Below are positions 1 through 9,873 of a stretch of DNA of 64,000 nt, one piece after another. Origin of the DNA: an uncultured Verrucomicrobiae bacterium (lineage in GTDB: Bacteria > Verrucomicrobiota > Verrucomicrobiia > Palsa-1439); NCBI GenBank assembly GCA_963836315.1, contig CAWIJG010000002.1, positions 1,447,786 to 1,511,785 on the forward strand, read 5' to 3'. The position numbers and the translations under genes are program-made. The first letter of the stretch is position 1. The number at the start of each line of letters is the position of its first letter. Under the pieces are notes generated by a model. It searched no databases. It had not been told where the DNA came from and saw only the letters and a list, made by a program, of their open reading frames with translations.

Positions 1-3000
1 CCCGAGTTGCGCCATCAACTCGCGCACTTCCTGCGCGATAAAATGCATGAAATTGACGACGTACTGCGGGTCGCCACTGAACTTCGCGCGCAACTGCGGG
101 TCCTGCGTCGCTACGCCGACGGGGCACGTATTGAGATGACACACGCGCATCATGATGCAGCCGAGTGTGACCAGCGGCGCCGTGGCGAAACCGAATTCCT
201 CCGCCCCGAGCAACGCGGCGACGACGACGTCGCGGCCGGTCTTGAGCTGGCCGTCAACTTCCACGTAAATGCGGCTGCGGAGATTGTTAAGAACCAGCGT
301 CTGCTGTGCTTCTGCTAGGCCGAGTTCCCATGGCGTGCCCGCATGCTTGATGCTCGACAGGGGCGACGCACCCGTGCCGCCATCGTGACCGCTGATGAGC
401 ACCACATCCGCATGCGCCTTCGCGACGCCCGCGGCGACAGTACCCACGCCGATTTCGCTGACGAGTTTCACGCTGATACGGGCGTGCTCGTTGGCGTTCT
501 TGAGGTCGTGAATCAACTCGGCGAGGTCCTCAATCGAATAGATGTCGTGATGCGGTGGCGGCGAGATAAGCCCGACGCCGGGCGTCGAAAAACGCACTTT
601 CGCGATCCACGGGTACACCTTCGCACCGGGCAACTCGCCGCCTTCACCGGGCTTCGCGCCCTGCGCCATCTTGATCTGAAGTTCCTTCGCCTGTGTCAGG
701 TAATGGCTTGTGACACCGAACCGGCCGCTCGCGACCTGCTTGATCGCGGAATTCTTGCTGTCGCCGTTCGCCATCCGTGGATAGCGCCCGGGATCCTCGC
801 CCCCTTCACCCGTGTTGCTCCGCCCGCCGATCCGGTTCATGGCAATCGCCAGCGCCTCGTGCGCTTCCTTGCTGATCGAGCCGTAGCTCATCGCCCCGGT
901 CTTGAACCGTTTGACAATGCTCTCCACCGGCTCGACTTCTTCAATCGGGATTGGTTGTGGCGCGAACTTGAACCCGAACAGCCCCCGCAACGTGCAGAGG
1001 CTCTTCGCCTGGTTATTGACCAGTTCCGAGTACTCCTGGAAGACCTTGTAGTTATTCGTGCGCGTCGAAAGCTGGAGTCGGTGAATCGTCTCGGGGTTGA
1101 ACAGATGGGCCTCACCGTCCTGCCGCCATTGGTACTGGCCGCCGGCATCGAGGGTTGCCCCGTTAATGGGGCGTACGGGAAACGCGTGGCGATGGCGGGC
1201 GCGGACTTCCCCGGCGATGACGTCGATGCCGACGCCTTCGATCTGCGAAGCGGTGCCGGTAAAGTACTTGTCGACGACCGTGTGATTGAGACCGATGGCC
1301 TCGAAGATTTGCGCCCCGCAATAACTCTGGATGGTCGAAATGCCCATCTTGGCCATCGTCTTGACGACGCTCTTGGTCACAGCTTTGAGGTAGTTCTTGA
1401 CCGCCTTCTTGTGGTCGATGTTCTTGAGAATGCCCTGGCGAATCATGTCATCGAGCGTCTCAAATGCGAGGTAGGGATTGATCGCCGCCACGCCGTAACC
1501 GATCAACAGCGCAAAATGATGCACCTCGCGCGGCTCTCCCGATTCGACCACCAACCCGACGCGCGTACGTGTTCCCTTGCGGATCAGATGATGATGCATG
1601 CCCGCGGCGGCCAACAACGCCGGGATCGCCGCGTTCTCGGCGTCGACGCCGCGGTCGGACAGAATCAGGATGTTATGGCCATCCTTGATGGCTTTACTCG
1701 CCTTGACGAACAATCTCTCAAGCGCTTTTTCCAGACCCTTGCCGCCTTCATCCACCCTGAAGAGTGTCGACAGTGTAATGGACTTGAAGCCGGGGCGGTC
1801 AATGTGGCGTAAGCGCTCGAATTCCTCGTTGCTGAGGACGGGACCCTTCAGCCGGATCTGGCGACAGCTCATGGGCTGTGGATCAAGCAGGTTTCCTTCG
1901 GGACCAATGGTCGTGTACGTGGACGTGATGAGTTCTTCGCGAATGCAATCGATTGGCGGATTGGTGACCTGCGCGAACAATTGCTTGAAATAGTTGTAGA
2001 GCAATTGCGACTTGTTCGAAAGTACCGCCAACGGTGTGTCCGTGCCCATCGAACCAAGCGGCTGCACGGCGTCCTTCGCCATCGGCGCCAGGAGGACACG
2101 CAGGTCCTCGAAGGTGTACCCGAACGCCTGTTGCCGCAGCAGCACCGTGGCATGATCGGGTTGATGTACCTGCGACGGCTCCGGAAGGTCTTCGAGATCC
2201 ACCAGGCTTTCCTTGAGCCACACGCGGTACGGGCGTTCGGTGGCGATCGTCTGCTTGATCTCCTCGTCAGCCACGATGCGGCCAAGTTCGGTATCGACGA
2301 GAAACATGCGGCCTGGTTGGAGCCGTCCCTTCTGCAACACGCGTTCGGGGGCAATGTCGAGCACGCCAACTTCCGACGCCATGATGACCTGGTCGTCCTT
2401 CGTCACATAATAACGCGAGGGACGCAACCCATTGCGGTCAAGCACCGCGCCAATCTTGACGCCATCGGTGAAGGCAATCGAGGCCGGACCGTCCCACGGC
2501 TCGATCAGGCAACTGTGGTACTCGTAAAACGCCTTCTTCTCCTCGCTCATGCTTTCGTGCCCCGACCACGGCTCGGGAATCATCATCATCACCGCGTGTG
2601 GGAGCGAGCGTCCGCTCAGCACAAGAAACTCCAGGCAATTGTCAAACATGGCCGAGTCGCTGCCGTCCTCGTTGATGATCGGCAACAGTTTCTTGACGTC
2701 GGCGCCAAACAGATCGGACTCCAATAACGACTCGCGAGCGTGCATCCAATTGATGTTGCCGCGGAGCGTGTTGATCTCGCCATTGTGCGCGACGTAGCGA
2801 TACGGGTGCGCGCGATCCCAACTCGGGAACGTGTTGGTGCTGAATCGGGAGTGCACCAGCGCCAGCGCGGATTCGATAGTGGGGTCAAGCAGGTCGGGAT
2901 AGAACCCCTCGACTTGCTCGGGCATCAGCATTCCCTTATAGACGACCGTCTTGTAGGAAAGGCTGGAGATGTAAAAGCGGTTACCGCCCTTGATGCCGGC

Positions 3001-3567
3001 ATAGCGAATGCCTCGTTCTGCGAGTTTGCGGATGACGTACAGCTTGCGCTCGAACACCATGTCGTCTTTGATCTTCGGGTCGCGCGCGATGAACACTTGG
3101 CGGACGATGGGCTCGGATGCGCGGGCCGTGTCACCCAGAGACGTGTCGCAGGTCGGAACGGTGCGCCAACCGAGCAGGCGATGACCTTCGTTCTCGACGA
3201 GCTCCTCGAAAAGCTTCTCGCACTTGTAGCGCTCGGACTTGTCGGGCGGTAGATACACCATGCCGACGCCGTACTCACCGTACGCGGGCAGTGCGATCTT
3301 CTCCTTGGCGCACTCCTTCTTCAGGAATTCATGCGGGACTTGCATCAGAATGCCCGCGCCATCGCCTGTGTTCGCCTCGCAACCGCACGCGCCGCGATGG
3401 CGCAGATTCATGAGCACCGTGAGCGCTTGGCGAACGATGCCGTGGGACTTCCGTCCCTTCGTGTTCACGACGAAACCGACGCCGCAGGAGTCGTGTTCGA
3501 AACGGGGATCGTACAGTCCCTGTTTCTCCGGCCAGCCGTATGGGGTGATCGGGCGGACGTTACTCAT
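1..3567 (-). CDS. gltB: Glutamate synthase large subunit; N-terminal part only, runs off the left edge
   Basis: Minus-strand frame from ATG at 3567 reads MSNVRP...[18 protein letters not shown]...[18 protein letters not shown] (Ntn amidotransferase N-terminus). It stays open to the window edge, so it is absent from the ORF track. Confidence 0.97.
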   Translation of the reverse strand, partial: MSNVRPITPYGWPEKQGLYDPRFEHDSCGVGFVVNTKGRKSHGIVRQALTVLMNLRHRGACGCEANTGDGAGILMQVPHEFLKKECAKEKIALPAYGEYGVGMVYLPPDKSERYKCEKLFEELVENEGHRLLGWRTVPTCDTSLGDTARASEPIVRQVFIARDPKIKDDMVFERKLYVIRKLAERGIRYAGIKGGNRFYISSLSYKTVVYKGMLMPEQVEGFYPDLLDPTIESALALVHSRFSTNTFPSWDRAHPYRYVAHNGEINTLRGNINWMHARESLLESDLFGADVKKLLPIINEDGSDSAMFDNCLEFLVLSGRSLPHAVMMMIPEPWSGHESMSEEKKAFYEYHSCLIEPWDGPASIAFTDGVKIGAVLDRNGLRPSRYYVTKDDQVIMASEVGVLDIAPERVLQKGRLQPGRMFLVDTELGRIVADEEIKQTIATERPYRVWLKESLVDLEDLPEPSQVHQPDHATVLLRQQAFGYTFEDLRVLLAPMAKDAVQPLGSMGTDTPLAVLSNKSQLLYNYFKQLFAQVTNPPIDCIREELITSTYTTIGPEGNLLDPQPMSCRQIRLKGPVLSNEEFERLRHIDRPGFKSITLSTLFRVDEGGKGLEKALERLFVKASKAIKDGHNILILSDRGVDAENAAIPALLAAAGMHHHLIRKGTRTRVGLVVESGEPREVHHFALLIGYGVAAINPYLAFETLDDMIRQGILKNIDHKKAVKNYLKAVTKSVVKTMAKMGISTIQSYCGAQIFEAIGLNHTVVDKYFTGTASQIEGVGIDVIAGEVRARHRHAFPVRPINGATLDAGGQYQWRQDGEAHLFNPETIHRLQLSTRTNNYKVFQEYSELVNNQAKSLCTLRGLFGFKFAPQPIPIEEVEPVESIVKRFKTGAMSYGSISKEAHEALAIAMNRIGGRSNTGEGGEDPGRYPRMANGDSKNSAIKQVASGRFGVTSHYLTQAKELQIKMAQGAKPGEGGELPGAKVYPWIAKVRFSTPGVGLISPPPHHDIYSIEDLAELIHDLKNANEHARISVKLVSEIGVGTVAAGVAKAHADVVLISGHDGGTGASPLSSIKHAGTPWELGLAEAQQTLVLNNLRSRIYVEVDGQLKTGRDVVVAALLGAEEFGFATAPLVTLGCIMMRVCHLNTCPVGVATQDPQLRAKFSGDPQYVVNFMHFIAQEVRELMAQLG

Positions 3568-3994
3568 TGCGTGCGTTCACGAAACTCGCCTTTGGAGCGT
3601 GACTATATGACAAGTTTGCCATGGTTTTTCAACGTCATTGTCCATCTTTCACTAATTTTTTCTCTGGCGTAAATCCGGGAGCGTGGCCTGCATGTTCTCC
3701 AGGAACAGCGAGCCACTTGACAGGTTTCATGACACGATCCAGCGCTTCGACATGCCCTCAGCATACAATAGGACCTGTGTCTTCCACCCGACCGAGCGTT
3801 GGAGGTGGAGGTCGATTACACATCATGCCTTGTGAACTCCGGTACAACATTTTGGGTTTTACCAGCCAGATCTAAGATGTAGAATTATTCACAAATACTA
3901 CTTTTGTGTTGAATTTAATTCAGAAAATAGCAAAATTATGAACGAAAACAAGCGAAATCTTCAGTTTTCTTGAATTGCTGATGAAGGCATAACC

Positions 3995-4570
3995 ATGCGC
4001 ACATTTGACGATCAGGAACGAGCCATACTCAAGGCGCTCATCCGCGACCCGCGCCAGAGCGACAACTATATCAGTAAGATCACCAAGGTGCCGACCCCGA
4101 CAGTGCGGCGCAAGCGCAAGCGGTTTGAAGAAGAAGGATTGATCAATTACTTCGCAGCCATTGACATGCAGGAAACAGGCGCGGGCACATTCGGCGCGCG
4201 GCATCTGTACATCATTAAATTTCGCATTGGCGTTACGGTGAAACAAATTGTTGACGAAATCAAGAGCGAGCCAAACGTGCGCTCGGTGTTCACCGACCTC
4301 ATCTACGAATCCCACATCGCGGAACTGGACGGTCATGTCGCCTTGGTCATGATCATTGAGGGCAAGAACGACGCCGACATCATCGAGAACGTTCAGGGCA
4401 AGATCATACCCTCGTTGCGCAAGAACCACGGCCCCGAGTCCATCGAGGAGATTTCCACCCTGCGCCTGCTCAGCCCGATCCGTGTCTTCCACAATTATGT
4501 GCCGCTCGTGAACATGCATCAGGGCGTTCTGCGTGACGATTGGACAAATGACGCCATTTTTGTGGGCTAA
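3995..4570 (+). CDS. Lrp/AsnC family transcriptional regulator
   Basis: N-terminal AsnC-type HTH (DDQERAILKALIRDPRQSDNYISKITKVPTPTVRRKRKRFEEEGLI) plus RAM-like C-terminus; divergent from gltB. Confidence 0.85.
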   Translation: MRTFDDQERAILKALIRDPRQSDNYISKITKVPTPTVRRKRKRFEEEGLINYFAAIDMQETGAGTFGARHLYIIKFRIGVTVKQIVDEIKSEPNVRSVFTDLIYESHIAELDGHVALVMIIEGKNDADIIENVQGKIIPSLRKNHGPESIEEISTLRLLSPIRVFHNYVPLVNMHQGVLRDDWTNDAIFVG

Positions 4571-4675
4571 GAGAGGGTTGCACAAAGTGCTTCGCCCTCG
4601 CCTTGTCGGGATGTAAATTGCCTGCGGATGGCGCCGTGAGGCAAATAACTTCTTTGCGGGGCTGGCGTCTTTTAT

Positions 4676-5449
4676 ATGAGCGACACGAAAGTCATCTTCT
4701 GGGACGTGTACGGAACGCTCCTCACCGCGCATAGTGGAAGCCTTGATTCGTTGTTCAAACGCAAAACCGAGCTTCGGCTGGCATTCGAGCGCACGGTCAG
4801 GAATTTCAACCTCCACGCCGTTCCCGCGCGTCTGCACGACCTGTTTCTGCGTAGCGTCCAAGCCGAGCGGGAAGCGCGTGTGGCCGAGGGCATTGCGTAC
4901 CCCGAGGTGCGCGTCGACGAGATTTGGTTCAAACTGCTGGAGAAGTTTCAGCCTGAGGAATTGCCCACGATCAGTTTCGCCCGCGAGGTCGCGTTGTTCT
5001 TCGAACGGCAAGCCAACCCGAAGCAGCTTCAGCCGCGCGGGTTTGAAGTGTTGACGACGCTCAAACAACGGGGGCTGCGCCAGGGGATTATCTCCGACGC
5101 ACAATTCTACACGCCGATCGAATTGTCCGAATTGCTACGGGAGGAGAGTGGCAGCGCGATTCGTACGTACGAATCCATCTTTGACACGCAACTCGTGTTT
5201 TTTTCGTTTGACCTCGGCGTGGCCAAGCCTGACTTCACCGGATTCCGTCGTGCGGTCGAAGCGTTGACCCGCGAAAACATCATGCCGGACGATTGTGTGT
5301 TTGTGGCCAATTCGACGGCCAACGATATCGCGCCCGCGCAGCATGTTGGATTCAGGGTGGTTCTATTCGCGCCAGAGGCTGTCCCTGACTCAGCGACCAA
5401 ACCCGATCTGGTGATTCACAACCTCAGGCAGTTACTGGAATGGCTATGA
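4676..5449 (+). CDS. HAD-superfamily hydrolase
   Basis: Motif I FWDVYGTL, GIISDAQ, GVAKPD, and NDIAPAQHVG tail. Confidence 0.85.
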   Translation: MSDTKVIFWDVYGTLLTAHSGSLDSLFKRKTELRLAFERTVRNFNLHAVPARLHDLFLRSVQAEREARVAEGIAYPEVRVDEIWFKLLEKFQPEELPTISFAREVALFFERQANPKQLQPRGFEVLTTLKQRGLRQGIISDAQFYTPIELSELLREESGSAIRTYESIFDTQLVFFSFDLGVAKPDFTGFRRAVEALTRENIMPDDCVFVANSTANDIAPAQHVGFRVVLFAPEAVPDSATKPDLVIHNLRQLLEWL

Positions 5450-5586
5450 AGACGGCGATGTTGCGTTATTACAGATACTCTTGCGAAGTTGCGGTGTTTA
5501 AGTCAAAGTTGGAAATCAGCGGGCTGGACGATGGCAGGCCCCGCAAGTATGTCGATTGTGACAAAATGGAAAGGGTCGATAGCAAC

Positions 5587-6228
5587 ATGAAACGTCTTCA
5601 ACTGGTTTTCGCGGCTGCGCTTGCCGTGGCAGTGTTGGCTGCAGCGGGTTGCTCGAAGAAGGAATCCGAGACACCACCGCCACCGCCCGTATCCACAACG
5701 ATCCTGAATCCGCAATCACCGACAGTACCGCCATTACCGGCGGTCGTGACTCCGACACCGGTATCGACGGAGGCCGCCGCAACAAATTCAGCGGGGGTGG
5801 ACGACGAGGCTGCGGCACAAGTGAAAAAGCTGGAGAGCGACTACCAGAACACCCAGGACTTCCAGAAACGTGTCGTGATCCTCTACGACCTCAGTTCCAC
5901 CGAGTCGCCTGATACCATCGATGCCATCGCCCGACTCTTTCTCAATGAGAAGGACCCGGAACTGAAGGTCGAGTTGGTCAACTCGCTGACGGATATCGAC
6001 GGGCAGAAGGACAAGAAGTTGGCGGTTCTGAGCAGCGCCGTGCGGGGTGACCAGCCGAAGGATGTCCGGTTGGAGGCGATCGACGGCATGGCCGACGTGG
6101 AAGACAAGCGCGCCATTCAGATCCTGCAGTCATTCGCGAACGACCCGGATGAAGAGATTCGGGACGCGATCAAGGACACCATCGAGCAGTTGCAGACGGT
6201 GACGACCGAGCCGCAACCGGGTCAGTAG
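5587..6228 (+). CDS. Lipoprotein with Pro/Thr-rich linker and HEAT-like repeats
   Basis: Start reassigned to MKRLQLVF at 5587. Lipobox-like AAAG-C, low-complexity linker, helical repeats (VRLEAIDGM, EEIRDAIKDTI). Confidence 0.7.
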   Translation: MKRLQLVFAAALAVAVLAAAGCSKKESETPPPPPVSTTILNPQSPTVPPLPAVVTPTPVSTEAAATNSAGVDDEAAAQVKKLESDYQNTQDFQKRVVILYDLSSTESPDTIDAIARLFLNEKDPELKVELVNSLTDIDGQKDKKLAVLSSAVRGDQPKDVRLEAIDGMADVEDKRAIQILQSFANDPDEEIRDAIKDTIEQLQTVTTEPQPGQ

Positions 6229-6252
6229 GCGCATCGGGCGGCAAGATTGTCG

Positions 6253-6281
6253 TTGACGGAGGGCAAAGCTTCCGCTATTTT
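6253..6281 (+). promoter_or_regulatory. Putative sigma70 promoter of rplU-rpmA
   Basis: TTGACG-N17-TATTTT, about 35 bp upstream of the rplU start. Confidence 0.5.
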
Positions 6282-6316
6282 TCACCCCCCTTCCCATTGA
6301 GGAAAGAGGACACATT

Positions 6317-6634
6317 ATGTATGCAGTAATTCGAACAGGCGCCAAACAATACCGCGTTCAAGCCGGCGACGTTTTGGAGGTTGAACTCCTTGACGGCGAG
6401 AAGGGCAAAGAGATTGCGCTGGAAGACGTTTTGTTGGTAGCTGACGGCGACAAGGTGCAGGTCGGCAAGCCGAACGTCAAAGGCGCGCGCGTGACCGCCG
6501 AGGTGATTGATCCCGACAAAAAGGGTACGAAAGTCATCGCTTTCAAGTTTCGCAGGCGCGAAGGATACCACCGCAAGCGCGGCATTCGCCCGCACCACAC
6601 CGTCTTGAAGATCAAGGAAATCGTCGTAAAATAG
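6317..6634 (+). CDS. rplU: 50S ribosomal protein L21
   Basis: MYAVIRTGAKQYRVQAGD...GIRPHHTVLKI; directly upstream of rpmA. Confidence 0.98.
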   Translation: MYAVIRTGAKQYRVQAGDVLEVELLDGEKGKEIALEDVLLVADGDKVQVGKPNVKGARVTAEVIDPDKKGTKVIAFKFRRREGYHRKRGIRPHHTVLKIKEIVVK

Positions 6635-6667
6635 TAGTTCGCAAGTCAGGCGTCGGAGGGTTTCGTC

Positions 6668-6934
6668 ATGGCACATAAAAAAGGACAAGGTAGTTCACGC
6701 AACGGACGCGACAGCGTCAGCAAGCGGCTGGGCGTGAAACGATTTGGTGGCGAACTTGTTGGTGCCGGCAGCATCATTATCCGCCAACGCGGCGCCCGCT
6801 TCGTGGCGGGAAGCAACGTTGGCATCGGGCGCGACTGGACCCTGTTTGCTCTTGCCGAAGGCAAAGTCCGCTTCGACCGCAATGGTCGCCGCGTCAATAT
6901 TGACCCTGTCGCCGCACCCGCCAACAAAACGTAG
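6668..6934 (+). CDS. rpmA: 50S ribosomal protein L27
   Basis: [28 protein letters not shown] signature. Confidence 0.99.
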   Translation: MAHKKGQGSSRNGRDSVSKRLGVKRFGGELVGAGSIIIRQRGARFVAGSNVGIGRDWTLFALAEGKVRFDRNGRRVNIDPVAAPANKT

Positions 6935-7051
6935 CACTATTCCTTTCACGATGGATTGGGCAGATTCATGTCTGCCTCTTTCTCTTTTGTACTCGCTGGC
7001 AAGTCTCCCCTGCTTAGCACTTCTCCGCCACCTATGGTAAACTCTGACCAT

Positions 7052-8104
7052 ATGACGGCTTTGCGCACAGTAACCGAGACGGTGACGGCGGGCGTCAATC
7101 TTTCGCGTGACGACGTGGCGGAGGCGGTGCGCGCGCTGCTCGACGACGTTGTTGCGGATGAAGCCAAGGCCGATTTCCTCACGGCACTGGCACGGAAAGG
7201 CGAGTCGGCCGAGGAAATTGCCGCGTTTGCACTGGAACTGCGGGCCCGCGCGGTCGATCCGCAGATTGACCCGGCACGGTTCAGTGGCGTGGTGCTGGAT
7301 ATAGTCGGCACGGGCGCGGACATGACGCACACGTTCAACATTTCGTCGTGCACAGTGTTCGTCGCGGCGGCGGCGGGCGTGGCGGTGGCCAAGCATGGCA
7401 ATCGCGCCATCACCAGCAAGTGTGGCAGTGCGGACGTGCTGGCGGCGCTGGGGGCCAGGATCGAACTTTCGCCAGAGGCGGCGCGCCACTGTCTCGAGAC
7501 GACCGGCGTGACGTTTTTCTTTGCGCCGCATTATCATCCTGCATTCAAGGTCATCGCCCCCGTGCGAAAGAAACTGGCGGAGCGCAATCAACGCACAGTC
7601 TTCAATATTCTCGGTCCGCTCGTCAATCCTGCGCGCCCGACGCATCAACTCGTTGGCGTGTTCAACCGTGCACTGGTGGGACGGTTTGCCGAGGTCCTGC
7701 GTTTGCTTGGGCTGAAGCACGCGCTGGTCGTGCATGGAGACGGACTTGACGAATTATCCACGATGGGCGTCAATACCATGGCTGAGTTGTGGTCGGATCG
7801 TATCGAAGAAACGGAGCGCGATTTCCGCGTGCCACATACCTTGTGGCGTGGTTCCACGGTGAAACCGGCGGAAGTGTTTGGCGGCGACCCCGCGACGAAT
7901 GCCGGCATCGTGCGTGACGTGCTCGGCGGCACGGACCGGGGCGCGCGACGCGACATCGTGTTGCTGAACGCGGCGGCAGCCCTCGTGGTCGCGGAAAAAG
8001 CGACTGACTTCGTTGGTGGATGGAATATGGCGGCGGAGTTGATCGACAGCGGTGCGGCGAGGGAACGGCTGGAGCGGTTTGTGGACGCGACAAATCGGGG
8101 ATAA
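7052..8104 (+). CDS. trpD: Anthranilate phosphoribosyltransferase
   Basis: DIVGTGAD, KHGNRAITSKCGSAD, FAPHYHPA, RTVFNILGPLVNP, GLDE motifs; start moved to MTALRT at 7052. Confidence 0.96.
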   Translation: MTALRTVTETVTAGVNLSRDDVAEAVRALLDDVVADEAKADFLTALARKGESAEEIAAFALELRARAVDPQIDPARFSGVVLDIVGTGADMTHTFNISSCTVFVAAAAGVAVAKHGNRAITSKCGSADVLAALGARIELSPEAARHCLETTGVTFFFAPHYHPAFKVIAPVRKKLAERNQRTVFNILGPLVNPARPTHQLVGVFNRALVGRFAEVLRLLGLKHALVVHGDGLDELSTMGVNTMAELWSDRIEETERDFRVPHTLWRGSTVKPAEVFGGDPATNAGIVRDVLGGTDRGARRDIVLLNAAAALVVAEKATDFVGGWNMAAELIDSGAARERLERFVDATNRG

Positions 8105-8175
8105 TTCGATTGGTATCCAGCCATGAGTTTTCACTGTACATTTCATGGCTTTACAGGCATCTGAATTGCTTAGGT

Positions 8176-8598
8176 ATGGCTGGCAAAAGAGACAAACCCA
8201 TGATTCGCCTCGATTACGCGGCGTTGGGTGACAACTCAGGGCGAGACGATGAGATCCCCCGGGAGCTGATCAAGAAGGCCAAGGGCCTTCTTGGCCGACG
8301 GGCACGTACAGAGGTTTTGCAGATGATGGATCAGTCGTTGCGCGTACAAGCCGCTGAGGTCGCCCGACGACAGATGGATCCCCAACGGCTCCATGAAGTC
8401 GGCCGGCAGGCCGTATTGGAGGCCATCAAATCGTATCCAATCGACCAGACAGGGGATTTTCGCGAGTTCGCCGTCGCCCTCGCGCGACAGGCAATGATTC
8501 TTGCCAAGAGCAAGGCACACGCCGATGCGGTTCCGCTGGCGCCGCCGCCGTTGCGAGATAAACAAGCGCCGCCACCAAAACCCTCGGAACCAGAATAG
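8176..8598 (+). CDS. Small protein resembling an isolated sigma70 region 2, with Pro-rich tail
   Basis: LHEVGRQAVLEAIKSYPIDQTGDFREFAVALARQAM aligns by eye with the region 2.2-2.4 pattern DLxQEGxxGLxxAxxxFDxxxGxxFxTYAxxWIRQAI; no region 3/4. Confidence 0.55.
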   Translation: MAGKRDKPMIRLDYAALGDNSGRDDEIPRELIKKAKGLLGRRARTEVLQMMDQSLRVQAAEVARRQMDPQRLHEVGRQAVLEAIKSYPIDQTGDFREFAVALARQAMILAKSKAHADAVPLAPPPLRDKQAPPPKPSEPE

Positions 8599-8638
8599 AA
8601 TTGCATTCAGGTTCCGGTCGTCGCATCCTCAGAGCACT

Positions 8639-9157
8639 ATGCTCATCAGTAAGAAGATCAACGACGCAATCAACCAGCAAGTCGGCAATGAATTCGGCGC
8701 TTCGCTTCAGTACGTGGCCATTGCCGCGCACTTCGACGAGGAGGCGCTGCCGCAATTGGCCGCACACTTCTACCAGCAGGCTGCGGAAGAGCGCGATCAT
8801 GCCATGCGGTTTGTGAAGTTCCTTGTCGAGACCGACGGCGAAGTGGTCATTCCCGCCGTGAAGGCCCCGAAGCACAAATTCGCTTCGGCCGAAGAGGCGG
8901 TACAATTATCGCTCGACTGGGAGGTTGAAGTGACCCAGCAGATTCATAAACTCGTCGATCTGGCAAAGAAGGAAGTCAATTACACGACCGATAACTTCCT
9001 GCAGTGGTTCGTCAAGGAACAACTTGAAGAAGTCTCCTCGATGGACAATCTTCTCAAAGTGATTCGCCGCGCCGGCGAAGATGGGTTGTTGCGTGTGGAA
9101 GAGTATCTTGTCCGAAAGTCCGGCCACAGTCCGTCGCCCGAAGCAGACGCCCCCTGA
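8639..9157 (+). CDS. ftnA: Non-heme ferritin
   Basis: AINQQVGNEFGASLQY, EERDHAMRF, WEVEVTQQI, FLQWFVKEQLEE ferroxidase pattern; start at 8639. Confidence 0.92.
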   Translation: MLISKKINDAINQQVGNEFGASLQYVAIAAHFDEEALPQLAAHFYQQAAEERDHAMRFVKFLVETDGEVVIPAVKAPKHKFASAEEAVQLSLDWEVEVTQQIHKLVDLAKKEVNYTTDNFLQWFVKEQLEEVSSMDNLLKVIRRAGEDGLLRVEEYLVRKSGHSPSPEADAP

Positions 9158-9183
9158 CCGCATCCAGTGAGTGTTGATGTCGA

Positions 9184-9867
9184 GTGTCGCGAGCGGCGGT
9201 TCTGGCCGTAACCAGCGTGGAGGCGACCGACATTTGCGCAGGCCGCGACCGTATGGTTCGTGAACAAATCGAATCGCGGGGTGTCACGAATGCCACGGTG
9301 CTCGCCGCGATGCATCAGGTTCCGCGGCACGAATTTGTGCCCGAACGCTGGATCGATGCCGCCTACGAGGACCATCCACTCCCCATCGGTCACGGGCAAA
9401 CCATTTCGCAGCCGTACATCGTCGCGCTGATGACCGAATTGCTGCAACTCGCACGAGGCACAAAGGTTCTGGAAGTCGGCACCGGGTCGGGGTACCAAGC
9501 AGCGATTCTTGCTGAGGTCGGGGCGGAGGTTTTCTCCATTGAGATTCTTGAACCATTGGCCAAAGAGTCGGCGGATCGCCTCCGACGCCTCGGCTATGAT
9601 AGGGTTCGCGTCAAACAGGGCGACGGCTATCTCGGCTGGCCTGAGCATGCCCCATTCGACGCGATTATTGTCACTGCCGGCGCGGACCACATTCCCCCGC
9701 CATTGGTGGAGCAACTGAAGCCGGGTGGCCACATGGTGATCCCAGTGGGCGAGGCACACGGAGAGCAAATGCTGACCCATATGGAGAAGGGTCTTGACGG
9801 TAAAATGACCACACACAACGTGGCTCCCGTCCTGTTTGTGCCGCTGACACGTGAATCCGCCAGTTGA
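9184..9867 (+). CDS. pcm: Protein-L-isoaspartate O-methyltransferase
   Basis: VPRHEFV, PLPIGHGQTISQPYIVA, VLEVGTGSGYQAA, GDGYLGWPEHAPFDAIIVTA. Confidence 0.97.
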   Translation: MSRAAVLAVTSVEATDICAGRDRMVREQIESRGVTNATVLAAMHQVPRHEFVPERWIDAAYEDHPLPIGHGQTISQPYIVALMTELLQLARGTKVLEVGTGSGYQAAILAEVGAEVFSIEILEPLAKESADRLRRLGYDRVRVKQGDGYLGWPEHAPFDAIIVTAGADHIPPPLVEQLKPGGHMVIPVGEAHGEQMLTHMEKGLDGKMTTHNVAPVLFVPLTRESAS

Positions 9868-9873
9868 TGGGCT

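Noticed and set aside
7-3413. Long plus-strand ORFs (343..1812, 1981..2727, 2740..3252)
   Set aside because: Antisense shadows of gltB produced by GC-rich codon bias; no recognisable motifs.
8119-8150. AGCCATGA/TCATGGCT inverted repeat after trpD
   Set aside because: An 8-bp stem with a 16-nt loop and a weak U-tract is too weak to call a terminator or operator.
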